In this document: positions 44,247 to 53,056 of the stretch, in pieces | How positions within the stretch are numbered: the first letter of the stretch is position 1 | Layout: each line of letters opens with the position of its first letter | DNA from: Bacteroidales bacterium | GTDB lineage: Bacteria > Bacteroidota > Bacteroidia > Bacteroidales > VadinHA17 | DNA: 64,000 nucleotides | NCBI GenBank assembly: GCA_041740815.1 | Contig: JBGSLG010000082.1 | Span: forward strand, 5,990 to 69,989 | Direction of reading: 5' to 3' | The notes under the pieces: model-generated | What the model saw: only the letters and a program-made list of their open reading frames with translations | Database searches by the model: none | What the model was told of the DNA's origin: nothing | Translations under genes and position numbers: made by a program

Positions 44247-47200
44247 CTATTCCCATGTGATGACTGAAATCCTCTTCTTCCCGTCCATTTTAACAGTCAG
44301 GCTGTTTTTAAACTGAACATGCGTGACATAATTGCCCTTTCTGAGAACCTTCTGTTTCTTCAGAATGTCCCAGTCTATCACTGAGTTCTTCTGATTATGC
44401 TGAACGGAGAAATAGCCGACATTCATTGAGGTCACGTTGTGAAAAAAGTGCGAACCGGATGAGGCATCGAGAGGAAAATCCTCAAGGCTGGTCTCAATAA
44501 TTATTTTTGCATTGCATATCTGCGGCCATGTGACCGGTATCCCAATCCACCTGTCGCGTGTTCCCCATCTCCCCGGACCCAGCAGAATATACTGCCTGCC
44601 GCTGCTGATCATCTCATCATTGAACATGTCTATCTCGGCTGCTATCTCAAGCGTCCGGGACTTGTCAAAAAGATCCCTGTCAACATAAATCACATCCTGA
44701 ATGTTACTGATCATACCATTCCCCATGCTCTTTTCAGTATATAACAGAATATGGGATTTGTCGATCTCGTCCATATTCACGTCATAGTCGAGTGTTGCTC
44801 CGATAATCGGTTTGATTTGAAGCAGGTAGAACGAAGCCTTATAATCACTGTCTCGTGTCAGGTCAATTGCAAACTCGATCTCCACCGGCGTGCCAAGCGC
44901 CTCCTTGACAATATCCAGAATCTCTGTCAGCGATTTGGCCAGAGGGATGTAATCGTACTTCAGGATATCGGCAAAATTGATGATACGGGGGCCCGCCTTG
45001 TCTATTCCCGGAAAAATAGTCTTGCTCTCTGCCGAATAGACCGATGCGCAATGTCTGATTACCCCGTGGCGTTCAGCGTCCTCAATGCTTAGACGGACCA
45101 ACCCTGCCGTATCTCCCTCAAGCAGGTTAAACTCCTTCTTATTGAGGTCAACGGCAAAAAGCTCGACCTGCGAATTAAGATACTGATCCTTGGGAGAATT
45201 ATTTTCAAGGTTGGGGTATTTGGGTGAGAACCGGAACGCCTTCTCGCCTTCAACCACATATGTCCCCAGTCCGACAGCAAGAACCGCAAACCCGTCCTCC
45301 GGCTGCATATGGCCGTACGGGTAATAGTTGTACGACTGGCTGACGCCGCTGATATGAGGATAATAGGTGTTTTCATGCTGCTCACCCACAACCTCCTGGA
45401 TTATGACTGCCATCTTCTCTTCTTCAATCTTGTAGTTGATGGCGCTGATATATCCCCGGGCAGTGTCAGAGTATATTGATGCATATACCAGCTTGATGGC
45501 ATCGGTTAATTGGGTCAGCCGGATTTCAATATCATCATTGATATTCGGAAGAAGATAGGTTTCAAAAATCCCGGCAAAAGGCTGCATAAGTGAGTCTTCA
45601 AACAACCCTGATGAGCGGACGGCCAAAGGCCTGGATATCTTACCGAGAATGATGCGCAGTTTTTTAACCAGGGCAGCTGAAAGGCTTCCTTCTATAAACA
45701 ACTTTTTAATTGTCTCGTAACTGGTTTCTGAAAAGACCCTGTTTCTGAGCTTGTTGTTATCCAGAAAATCCTCAAACTCATTGGTGCCGATGATAAATGT
45801 GCGGGGTGCCCTGATGTTAATGCCGGGTACATAAAGCGAGATATCAAAATTGTAGATCAGCGTGTGAATGAATGCCAGTCCGCGCCCTTTCCCTCCGAGC
45901 GCCCCGGGAGATAATTGAATTATATTGCTCTCCTCCAGGATCAGTGTCTCGTCAAACTCTACAATTTTACCCTTGTTTTTCTCATACTTGAGCCTCTTAA
46001 CCACGGCAACCAGGTAGTCTCTCAGCGACTCGGCATTCTTGAAATCGCTGATTTTTTTGGGCGCTATCTCCCTGGCGAGCTGAATCTCACCGCGTGCTGT
46101 GAGCCACAGTGAGAAATGGTTCTTCCGGGCGTGGTACAACAGGGTTTCTATAGGGATGGAATGAAGCTGTTCCTCAAACTCATTCATGTTCTTGGCTGTA
46201 CCAATGGTCCTGCCCGTCTCATCCTTGTAGATGAAATCGCCAAACCCCAGGTGGTAACTGATGAAATTCCTTATGTCCTGCGCCAGTGTATCTGAATTCT
46301 TGTAGATAAACACGCAGTTCAGCTCCTTTGCCTGCTTCTCGTTCTCCCAGTCAGAAGACTGAATGATTGTCGGAAGATCAGGGATTTCGGATTTTATGGC
46401 CCTGACAAGCTCAAACCCGGCGTTTTCGTCGAATTTTTCATCCTTCTGAAACTTCACATCGCTTATCAGGCAGAGAAAGAATTCCTTGTATTTGTTAAAA
46501 ATCCTGATTGCCTCTTCATAATTTGATGCCATCAAAATCTTGGGTCGAACCCGCAGGCGAAGCACCTTGTACAGCTCGTCCATTGTGCTGACATCCTCGA
46601 TGATTCGCCTGGTCTGCTCCATCACACAGTGATAAAGCAACGGAATATAGCGTGAGTAATACTTGGCCGAATCCTCCACAAGCAGTATTATCCGGCTGTA
46701 GCCTACCTTGGTATCGTTTTCAACATTCACATAATCTTCCAGTTGCTTTACCATGGCAAAAAATATCCTTGAATCACCGTTCCATACAAAAACGTTGTCG
46801 ATAAGATTAGTTCGTTTCTGTTCGTCCTGAAAGAATGCTATGTATTGATTGTTATTAAGCAGCAGGTAGATGGGGATATACTTATAAAGTGCCTTCAGCC
46901 TTTTGGATATCTCCATCGGGGCCTTTTTATCTACGCCCACCATGATTATGATCAGGTCAAAGTGCTTCAGGTAGAGTTTCTCGAGGGCCTCCTCAAATGA
47001 TGAGACGCCTGTGATGCGCGGTATGGTTGTTAAATTCAGCTGGTAGTATACGCCCAGGATATAGTCAGAAAATTTGCCTTCGCGCTCAAGACTGTACGCA
47101 TCATACAGGTTTGAGATGATAAGAATCTCCTTAACCTTGAATTTCATGAGATCATGAAAGATGTCCCGGTCGTAGTTATTCTTCTCCAGGAAATTCTGAA

Positions 47201-48506
47201 GCAGCTTCCGCTTGTTCAGAAGAAAATCCTTGGCCGCCTCGAACTTCTGCTTCAGCTCTTCATCGGTCCGGTACTTCCTGATGGCAACCTCGCCCTGCAG
47301 GGAATTTAAGTAGTTACATATCAGCGAAGAAATATTATTTATCAGGTCCCTCTCTTCCTTCATAAACGGACCTTCATGCATATCCGGAAAATCTTTTGTA
47401 TAGTATACCTCAACTTCCCCGATTTTGTCGTCAATCGTCAGAAAGGGCTGCCGCTGCCGCCACTTGGTTACCACAAAACCCGGCGAGGTGTAGTCCTGCC
47501 CGTCATAGCTGATCCGGGCTACGGTGCTTTCCGGATATTGCCAGGCATCAGGCATGATATAAGCAATCTGCTTCAGTGCATTCTCAATCGATTTTTCAGC
47601 CTGGAGAATTGATGTGGTCTGATTGATACATGATAACTCCTTCAGACGCTCCGTCTTCTCATACATGATCTTCTTCATGCCCATCTCCGTGGCGGTGACG
47701 GTATCAAGTCCGTAGATCAGGTTGATATAGCCCGATATGAGGTTTGCCATGTTGCTTAACAACACATCCTCGGATTTAAGGTAGCTATCCATATCTGGAA
47801 TCGGGAAGCCATCCAGATAGTAGAATTCGATCCAGCCCTGATTATTGTCCATGGTCTTGAATTCTTCCTTCAGGCACCATTTGTATTCGTCATACGCCTT
47901 ATCGGAACTGAGATATTCCTTCCCGCCGTAAACGATCCTTGCAACAGCATAATCAGGGTAACGCCAGGTTTTGGGCATATCCAGGCAGATCCGTGAAAGG
48001 GTATCGTCAATATTTTTCTCCTCGCTTAGCTTCCGTGACTGCTCCAGCCTTGCCGAGGCCTCTTCCCCATATTCTTCCTTCTGTTCGGCTGCCAGGCTTG
48101 AATTCAGATAGTTGCACAGAATAGTTGCAATATTCTCAAGCAGCTGCCTCTCCTCATTTAAAAACGGACCCTCATCCGCCCTGGGAAACTGCTTTGTATA
48201 GAAAACATCAATGGCCCCCCATTTTTTGTCATGCGTTTCAAATATCTGCTTCTGGATCCAGCGTGACTCCCTGAAAGTGTCAGGCCGGTACTCTCTGCCG
48301 TCATATTTAATACGTGCATATGCATATTCGGAAAACTGCCACGCCTTTGGAATCTCCTTTACTATCTCAAGCAGCGTTTCCTCAACACTGATTTTTTTAC
48401 TGATAATCTTGTTAATTGTGTAGATGATGGATAATCCCTTCTGACTCTGTATTTTCTCAGCCAGAAGTTTCTGCATCTCCTTTTGCCATTTGGATCTGTC
48501 TTCCAT
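44247..48506 (-). CDS. Giant signalling protein A: 3 x sensor-like repeat, pseudo-receiver, receiver (REC), PPDK_N-like ATP-grasp, conserved C-terminal domain
   Basis: 1419 aa. REC: RIILLVEDS...CLISDVKF...PTIIQSS...FIYKNS. ATP-grasp / PEP-pyruvate-binding-type motifs: GALGGKGRGLAF, PLAVRSSGLFEDSLMQPFAGIFETY, MAVIIQEVV, PVEIEFAID...FYLLQIKPI. C-terminus: LLGPGRWGTRDRWIGIPVTWPQI...SSGSHFFHNV. Confidence 0.8.
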   Translation of the reverse strand: MEDRSKWQKEMQKLLAEKIQSQKGLSIIYTINKIISKKISVEETLLEIVKEIPKAWQFSEYAYARIKYDGREYRPDTFRESRWIQKQIFETHDKKWGAIDVFYTKQFPRADEGPFLNEERQLLENIATILCNYLNSSLAAEQKEEYGEEASARLEQSRKLSEEKNIDDTLSRICLDMPKTWRYPDYAVARIVYGGKEYLSSDKAYDEYKWCLKEEFKTMDNNQGWIEFYYLDGFPIPDMDSYLKSEDVLLSNMANLISGYINLIYGLDTVTATEMGMKKIMYEKTERLKELSCINQTTSILQAEKSIENALKQIAYIMPDAWQYPESTVARISYDGQDYTSPGFVVTKWRQRQPFLTIDDKIGEVEVYYTKDFPDMHEGPFMKEERDLINNISSLICNYLNSLQGEVAIRKYRTDEELKQKFEAAKDFLLNKRKLLQNFLEKNNYDRDIFHDLMKFKVKEILIISNLYDAYSLEREGKFSDYILGVYYQLNLTTIPRITGVSSFEEALEKLYLKHFDLIIIMVGVDKKAPMEISKRLKALYKYIPIYLLLNNNQYIAFFQDEQKRTNLIDNVFVWNGDSRIFFAMVKQLEDYVNVENDTKVGYSRIILLVEDSAKYYSRYIPLLYHCVMEQTRRIIEDVSTMDELYKVLRLRVRPKILMASNYEEAIRIFNKYKEFFLCLISDVKFQKDEKFDENAGFELVRAIKSEIPDLPTIIQSSDWENEKQAKELNCVFIYKNSDTLAQDIRNFISYHLGFGDFIYKDETGRTIGTAKNMNEFEEQLHSIPIETLLYHARKNHFSLWLTARGEIQLAREIAPKKISDFKNAESLRDYLVAVVKRLKYEKNKGKIVEFDETLILEESNIIQLSPGALGGKGRGLAFIHTLIYNFDISLYVPGINIRAPRTFIIGTNEFEDFLDNNKLRNRVFSETSYETIKKLFIEGSLSAALVKKLRIILGKISRPLAVRSSGLFEDSLMQPFAGIFETYLLPNINDDIEIRLTQLTDAIKLVYASIYSDTARGYISAINYKIEEEKMAVIIQEVVGEQHENTYYPHISGVSQSYNYYPYGHMQPEDGFAVLAVGLGTYVVEGEKAFRFSPKYPNLENNSPKDQYLNSQVELFAVDLNKKEFNLLEGDTAGLVRLSIEDAERHGVIRHCASVYSAESKTIFPGIDKAGPRIINFADILKYDYIPLAKSLTEILDIVKEALGTPVEIEFAIDLTRDSDYKASFYLLQIKPIIGATLDYDVNMDEIDKSHILLYTEKSMGNGMISNIQDVIYVDRDLFDKSRTLEIAAEIDMFNDEMISSGRQYILLGPGRWGTRDRWIGIPVTWPQICNAKIIIETSLEDFPLDASSGSHFFHNVTSMNVGYFSVQHNQKNSVIDWDILKKQKVLRKGNYVTHVQFKNSLTVKMDGKKRISVITWE
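47301..48386 (-). repeat. Three tandem copies of a roughly 95-aa sensor-like module in the N-terminus of protein A
   Basis: aa 41-135, 167-262 and 305-402. Each has P-x-x-W-x-[FY]-[SP]-[ED]-[YS]-x-x-A-R-I-x-Y-[DG]-G, then G-x-[IV]-[DE]-[VF]-[FY]-Y, then [EL]-x-[SE]-E-[ERD]-x-L-[LI]-x-N-[IM]-[AS]-x-[IL]-[IL]-x-x-Y-[LI]-N. Confidence 0.7.
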
Positions 48507-48623
48507 TCTTAAGTCAGTTCAGAGGGGGGTTGGCTCTTTATCAGATGTAATTTAATATGAAAGTTAATCAATAACACATAGATTATTTCTTCAACGATTG
48601 GAAATTATGGAAATTTAATTATA

Positions 48624-48631
48624 TAAATTTG
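48624..48631 (+). promoter_or_regulatory. -7 box (TAaaTTTG) for gdhA
   Basis: taaatttg lies 37 nt upstream of the ATG at 48668. Confidence 0.5.
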
Positions 48632-48667
48632 TTTATAACAAACACTAATCCCTAAAAACGAACAACA

Positions 48668-50011
48668 ATGTCTAACCCCGTAGAAGATTTCATGGCGAGG
48701 ATCATCGCCAAAAACCCCGGTGAAGTAGAATATCACCAGGCAGTGAGAGAAGTTACCGAGTCACTTATGCCGTTTATACTTGAGAACCCGAAGTACCGTT
48801 CGGCAAAAATTCTTGAGCGTATGGCTGAACCCGAAAGAGTCATAATCTTCAGAATCCCCTGGATGGATGACAAGGGTGAGATCCAGATCAACAGGGGGTA
48901 CAGAATTGAGATGAACAGCGCAATCGGGCCTTATAAGGGTGGCCTGCGGTTCCATCCTACCGTTAACCTTGGCATCCTGAAGTTCCTTGCATTCGAGCAG
49001 GTTCTTAAAAACAGCCTCACAACCCTTCCCATGGGCGGTGGCAAGGGAGGATCGGACTTCGATCCAAAGGAAAAATCTGACGCCGAAGTGATGCGCTTCT
49101 GCCAGTCGTTCATGAGTGAGCTGTTCAGGCATATAGGTGCAGATACTGACGTGCCTGCCGGAGATATCGGCGTTGGAGGCAGGGAGATCGGATTCCTCTT
49201 TGGGCAGTACAAGAGACTCAGGAATGAGTTTACCGGAGTGCTTACGGGCAAGGGCCTCGACTGGGGCGGTAGTCTTATCCGCCTCGAGGCAACAGGCTAT
49301 GGCCAGGTCTATTTCGCCGAAGAGATGCTCAATACCCGGGGAGACAGCCTGAAGAATAAGATCTGTACTGTCTCCGGCTCAGGCAATGTGGCACAGTTCG
49401 CCGCCGAAAAGGCAATACAAATGGGCGCCAAAGTGGTTACAATGTCAGACTCCAATGGCTATATCCATGACCCGGAAGGCATGAACGAAGAGAAGCTTGC
49501 TTTTGTAAAGAACCTGAAGAATGTGAAGAGAGGCCGTATCAAGGAGTATGCTGATAAGTTCAAGTGCAAATATGTTGAAGGCAAGTCTACTCCATGGGAA
49601 GTACCCTGCCAGGTAGCGCTGCCCTCAGCCACCCAGAATGAAATATCAGGAGCCGATGCCGAACTGCTTGTCAACAACGGTTGCTTTGTGGTCTCTGAGG
49701 GAGCAAACATGCCATCTACTCCCGACGCCGTCAATATCTTCCTCCGTCACAAGATCCTGTTCGGTCCCGGAAAAGCCGCAAATGCCGGCGGTGTTGCCAC
49801 CTCAGGACTGGAGATGACACAGAATTCCATGCGCCTATCATGGTCACGTGAGGAGGTTGACACCAGGCTGCACCGTATCATGAAAGACATCCATGCCACA
49901 TGCGTTAAGTACGGTACGGGGAAAGACGGATACATAAACTATGTCAACGGGGCCAACATCGGCGGATTTGTCAAAGTTGCCGAGGCCATGCTCGCACAGG
50001 GCCTCGTTTAA
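48668..50011 (+). CDS. gdhA: NAD(P)-specific glutamate dehydrogenase
   Basis: 447 aa. KGGLRFHPTVNLGILKFLAFEQVLKNSLTTLPMGGGKGGSDFDPK (catalytic Lys region), VPAGDIGVGGREIG, SGSGNVAQ dinucleotide fold. Confidence 0.95.
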   Translation: MSNPVEDFMARIIAKNPGEVEYHQAVREVTESLMPFILENPKYRSAKILERMAEPERVIIFRIPWMDDKGEIQINRGYRIEMNSAIGPYKGGLRFHPTVNLGILKFLAFEQVLKNSLTTLPMGGGKGGSDFDPKEKSDAEVMRFCQSFMSELFRHIGADTDVPAGDIGVGGREIGFLFGQYKRLRNEFTGVLTGKGLDWGGSLIRLEATGYGQVYFAEEMLNTRGDSLKNKICTVSGSGNVAQFAAEKAIQMGAKVVTMSDSNGYIHDPEGMNEEKLAFVKNLKNVKRGRIKEYADKFKCKYVEGKSTPWEVPCQVALPSATQNEISGADAELLVNNGCFVVSEGANMPSTPDAVNIFLRHKILFGPGKAANAGGVATSGLEMTQNSMRLSWSREEVDTRLHRIMKDIHATCVKYGTGKDGYINYVNGANIGGFVKVAEAMLAQGLV

Positions 50012-50023
50012 AACTGCCATTTG

Positions 50024-50073
50024 CCTGTTCCTGACCCGGTCAGATTGCACCGGGGTCAGGAACAGGTTCTTTT
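50024..50073 (+). terminator. Intrinsic terminator-like hairpin after gdhA, 20 nt before the start of protein B
   Basis: cctgttcctgacccgg-(loop)-ccggggtcaggaacagg, followed by ttctttt. The stem is about 14-16 bp and GC-rich. Confidence 0.7.
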
Positions 50074-50092
50074 CATCAATCCATTACAGAAA

Positions 50093-53056
50093 ATGTACAA
50101 GCTCAGAAAAAACATTTTCAGGGAAACTTCTTTTGAGCTTCTGATGCAAAAAAGAGTTCAGTACGTGCTGCTGATCTGCAGCAGCTATGATGCATTCATC
50201 ATGGAGGAGGACGGTAAGATTGATGAAAAGGTCTTCAATGATTATGTGTCATTCAACCTGCGTTACCCTCCCCGGTTTATACATGTCACTTCAGGCGAAA
50301 AAGCCATGGAGGTACTGAGCCGCAGGCAGATAGACCTGGTAATTAATATGCTGAGCATCAGTGATCAGGATCCGTTTGAGCTCTCCCTGAACATCAAGAA
50401 AACCTATCCTGAAAAGCCAATCGTAATACTTGCTCCCGACTCCCGGGAAGTTACCCACAGAATAAACAGCGAAGATCTCACATCCATTGACTATGTTTTC
50501 AGCTGGCCGGGAAACACCGACATACTCCTCCCGATTATAAGCCTGATAGAGGATAAACAGAATGTGGACGAGGACAGCAAATATGAGGGAGTACAGTCAA
50601 TCATGCTGGTGGAAGGCTCGTTCAGGATGGCTTCCGTCTCCCTCCGCCACCTGTACTCAATTATACTTGAACAGTCACGCGAATATATGACCGAGGGCCT
50701 CAATGAGCATCAGAAATTTATGCAGATGCGCGGAAGACCAAAGATCCTCCTTGCTACCGGCTATGATGAAGCACAACGTCTGTTCGAAATACATAAATCG
50801 CGTCTCCTGGGTGTCATAGCAGATGTGGACATTAAAAATGAAAAAACGGACGCCTCCGGAATAATCGGCGATTTTATCAGGCAGATAAAGGATTATGACC
50901 CGAACATTCCCGTAATAATACAATCTGCCGACCAGGCAAACGAAAAATATGCAGGAGAACAGGGAGACGCATTTATTAATTTCAGTTCCAGATCACTGCC
51001 CCTCGATCTGAAAACAGTGCTGAAGAAACACTGTTCATTTGGAGATTTCATTTTTACAGATCCTGATACAGGCCGGGAGATAGCGAGGGTTTCAGACCTT
51101 CAGAACTTCCAGCGCAGGCTGTTTGATATACCTGATGATTCCTTTCGTTTCCACCTGTCGAGAAACCATCTTTCAAAATGGCTCTACGCCCGCGCACTCT
51201 TTTCACTGGCTGAGTTCATAAAAGAGGTAAGCATTGACGATTTTGCCAGCATCGACCAGGCCCGACGCTTCATCTTTGACACTATCGCCAACTTCAGGCT
51301 CAACAAGGGACACGGTATCATTGCCGATTTTTACCGCGAACACTTTGATGAATATCTTACATTCACCCGGATCGGTGCGGGATCAATGGGAGGAAAAGCC
51401 CGTGGCCTGGCCTTCCTGGATTATATCATTAAACAAAATCCGTATTTCGAAAGCTTTGAGGATACTGTGGTGTCGATCCCGCGAACAGTGGTGCTCAGTA
51501 CTGATGTGTTTGACGAATTCATGGCGCAGAACAACCTGTACTCTATTGGCCTGTCTGACGCCGGCGACAAGGAAATTCTTGATGCTTTCGTAAAGGCGCA
51601 GCTCCCAATGCGCATTCACAAGGACCTGTTCGTCTTCATCTCAATTATAAGCGGACCGGTCGCAATACGGTCTTCGAGCCTGCTTGAGGATTCTCATTTT
51701 CAGCCCTTCGCCGGGGTATATTCGACTTACATGCTCCCAAAAGCTGAGGATGATGCCCTCATGCTGGAGTTATTGAGTACCGGGATAAAAAGTGTTTTTG
51801 CCTCCGTTTTCTTCAAGGGAAGCAAAGATTACATGAAGGCTACAGATAACCTCATAGAGGAAGAAAAAATGGGTGTCGTACTCCAGGAGGTATGCGGACA
51901 GCAATATGAAAACCGGTTCTATCCAACCATCTCAGGGGTTGCAAGATCAATTAACTTTTACCCTATCGAACCCGAAAAGTCTGAAGACGGATTTGTCAGC
52001 CTGGCATTTGGCCTTGGCAAATACATTGTTGACGGCGGTATCTCTCTCAGGTTCTCGCCAAAATACCCCGCGAAGATCATCCAGTTGTCTGATACAAAAA
52101 TGGCCCTCCGCGAGACACAGCAGGAATTCTACGCTCTCGATCTCAACCCGGCAAGCTTTGTTCCCAGTACCGACGATACCGTTAACCTGCTTAAGCTGAA
52201 GGTAAGCGATGCCGAAAATGACGGGTCACTGAAATTCGTTGCCTCCACCTACGATTACCAGGACGACATGCTCAGAGATGATCCCATGGAGGGAGGAAGG
52301 AGAGTAATTACCTTCTCCAAAATCCTGAAGTATGACCTGTTCCCCCTTTCTGAGATTCTTAAGACGATTCTTGAGATCGGGCAACAGCAGCTTAATAATC
52401 CTGTAGAAATAGAATTTGCAGTAAATATTGACCCTGCAAGGAAAAAGCCTAACCTGTTCAACCTTCTTCAAATCAGGCCTATAGTCGAAATATTTGAAAC
52501 CGTAAAATTCAAGCTTGAAAATATTCCGCAGAGCGAAACAGTCATCTCATCCCAGTCAGCTCTCGGAAACGGAACGATAGACGGAATATGTGACCTCATC
52601 TATGTCAGAACTGAAAACTTCAATGCTTCAAAAAACCTTGATGTCGCCGTGAAACTTAATGAACTGAATGACGGTTTCCTCAGTGACGATAAGCATTATA
52701 TCCTGGTCGGTCCGGGAAGATGGGGGTCAAGTGATCCCTGGCTGGGTATTCCCATTAAATGGCCCCAGATCTCCGCAGCACGGCTGATAGTTGAATCGGG
52801 ACTCGAGAATTACCGTATCGATCCCAGCCAGGGTACTCATTTTTTCCAGAACCTCACCGCATTCAGGGTTGGATACTTTACCGTTAACCCGTTCATGAGT
52901 GACGGATTTGTCGATTATGACTTCCTCTCCTCGGCTGAAACCGTTTACGAGGATGCTTTATTACGGCATGTGAGATTCCCGGAGCCGCTTACAATCAGGA
53001 TCGATGGCCGGAAGAAACTTGGAGTTGTGATGAAGCCAACAGATAGAACGGACTGA
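50093..53056 (+). CDS. Giant signalling protein B: pseudo-receiver, receiver-like, PPDK_N-like ATP-grasp, conserved C-terminal domain (paralog of A without the sensor repeats)
   Basis: About 987 aa from the ATG at 50093 (MYKLRKNIF..). VQYVLLICSSYDAFIMEEDG. IMLVEGS...GVIADVDI...PVIIQSA. GAGSMGGKARGLAF, PVAIRSSSLLEDSHFQPFAGVYSTY, MGVVLQEVC, PVEIEFAVN...FNLLQIRPI. LVGPGRWGSSDPWLGIPIKWPQI...SQGTHFFQNL. Confidence 0.8.
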   Translation: MYKLRKNIFRETSFELLMQKRVQYVLLICSSYDAFIMEEDGKIDEKVFNDYVSFNLRYPPRFIHVTSGEKAMEVLSRRQIDLVINMLSISDQDPFELSLNIKKTYPEKPIVILAPDSREVTHRINSEDLTSIDYVFSWPGNTDILLPIISLIEDKQNVDEDSKYEGVQSIMLVEGSFRMASVSLRHLYSIILEQSREYMTEGLNEHQKFMQMRGRPKILLATGYDEAQRLFEIHKSRLLGVIADVDIKNEKTDASGIIGDFIRQIKDYDPNIPVIIQSADQANEKYAGEQGDAFINFSSRSLPLDLKTVLKKHCSFGDFIFTDPDTGREIARVSDLQNFQRRLFDIPDDSFRFHLSRNHLSKWLYARALFSLAEFIKEVSIDDFASIDQARRFIFDTIANFRLNKGHGIIADFYREHFDEYLTFTRIGAGSMGGKARGLAFLDYIIKQNPYFESFEDTVVSIPRTVVLSTDVFDEFMAQNNLYSIGLSDAGDKEILDAFVKAQLPMRIHKDLFVFISIISGPVAIRSSSLLEDSHFQPFAGVYSTYMLPKAEDDALMLELLSTGIKSVFASVFFKGSKDYMKATDNLIEEEKMGVVLQEVCGQQYENRFYPTISGVARSINFYPIEPEKSEDGFVSLAFGLGKYIVDGGISLRFSPKYPAKIIQLSDTKMALRETQQEFYALDLNPASFVPSTDDTVNLLKLKVSDAENDGSLKFVASTYDYQDDMLRDDPMEGGRRVITFSKILKYDLFPLSEILKTILEIGQQQLNNPVEIEFAVNIDPARKKPNLFNLLQIRPIVEIFETVKFKLENIPQSETVISSQSALGNGTIDGICDLIYVRTENFNASKNLDVAVKLNELNDGFLSDDKHYILVGPGRWGSSDPWLGIPIKWPQISAARLIVESGLENYRIDPSQGTHFFQNLTAFRVGYFTVNPFMSDGFVDYDFLSSAETVYEDALLRHVRFPEPLTIRIDGRKKLGVVMKPTDRTD

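Noticed and set aside
44247-48506. Calling proteins A and B phosphoenolpyruvate synthase or pyruvate phosphate dikinase.
   Set aside because: Only the N-terminal ATP-grasp-type motifs are present. The GGxTSHAA swivel motif and a PEP/pyruvate TIM-barrel-sized C-terminus are absent, and receiver domains precede the grasp domain. A bona fide PpsA/PPDK annotation would be misleading.
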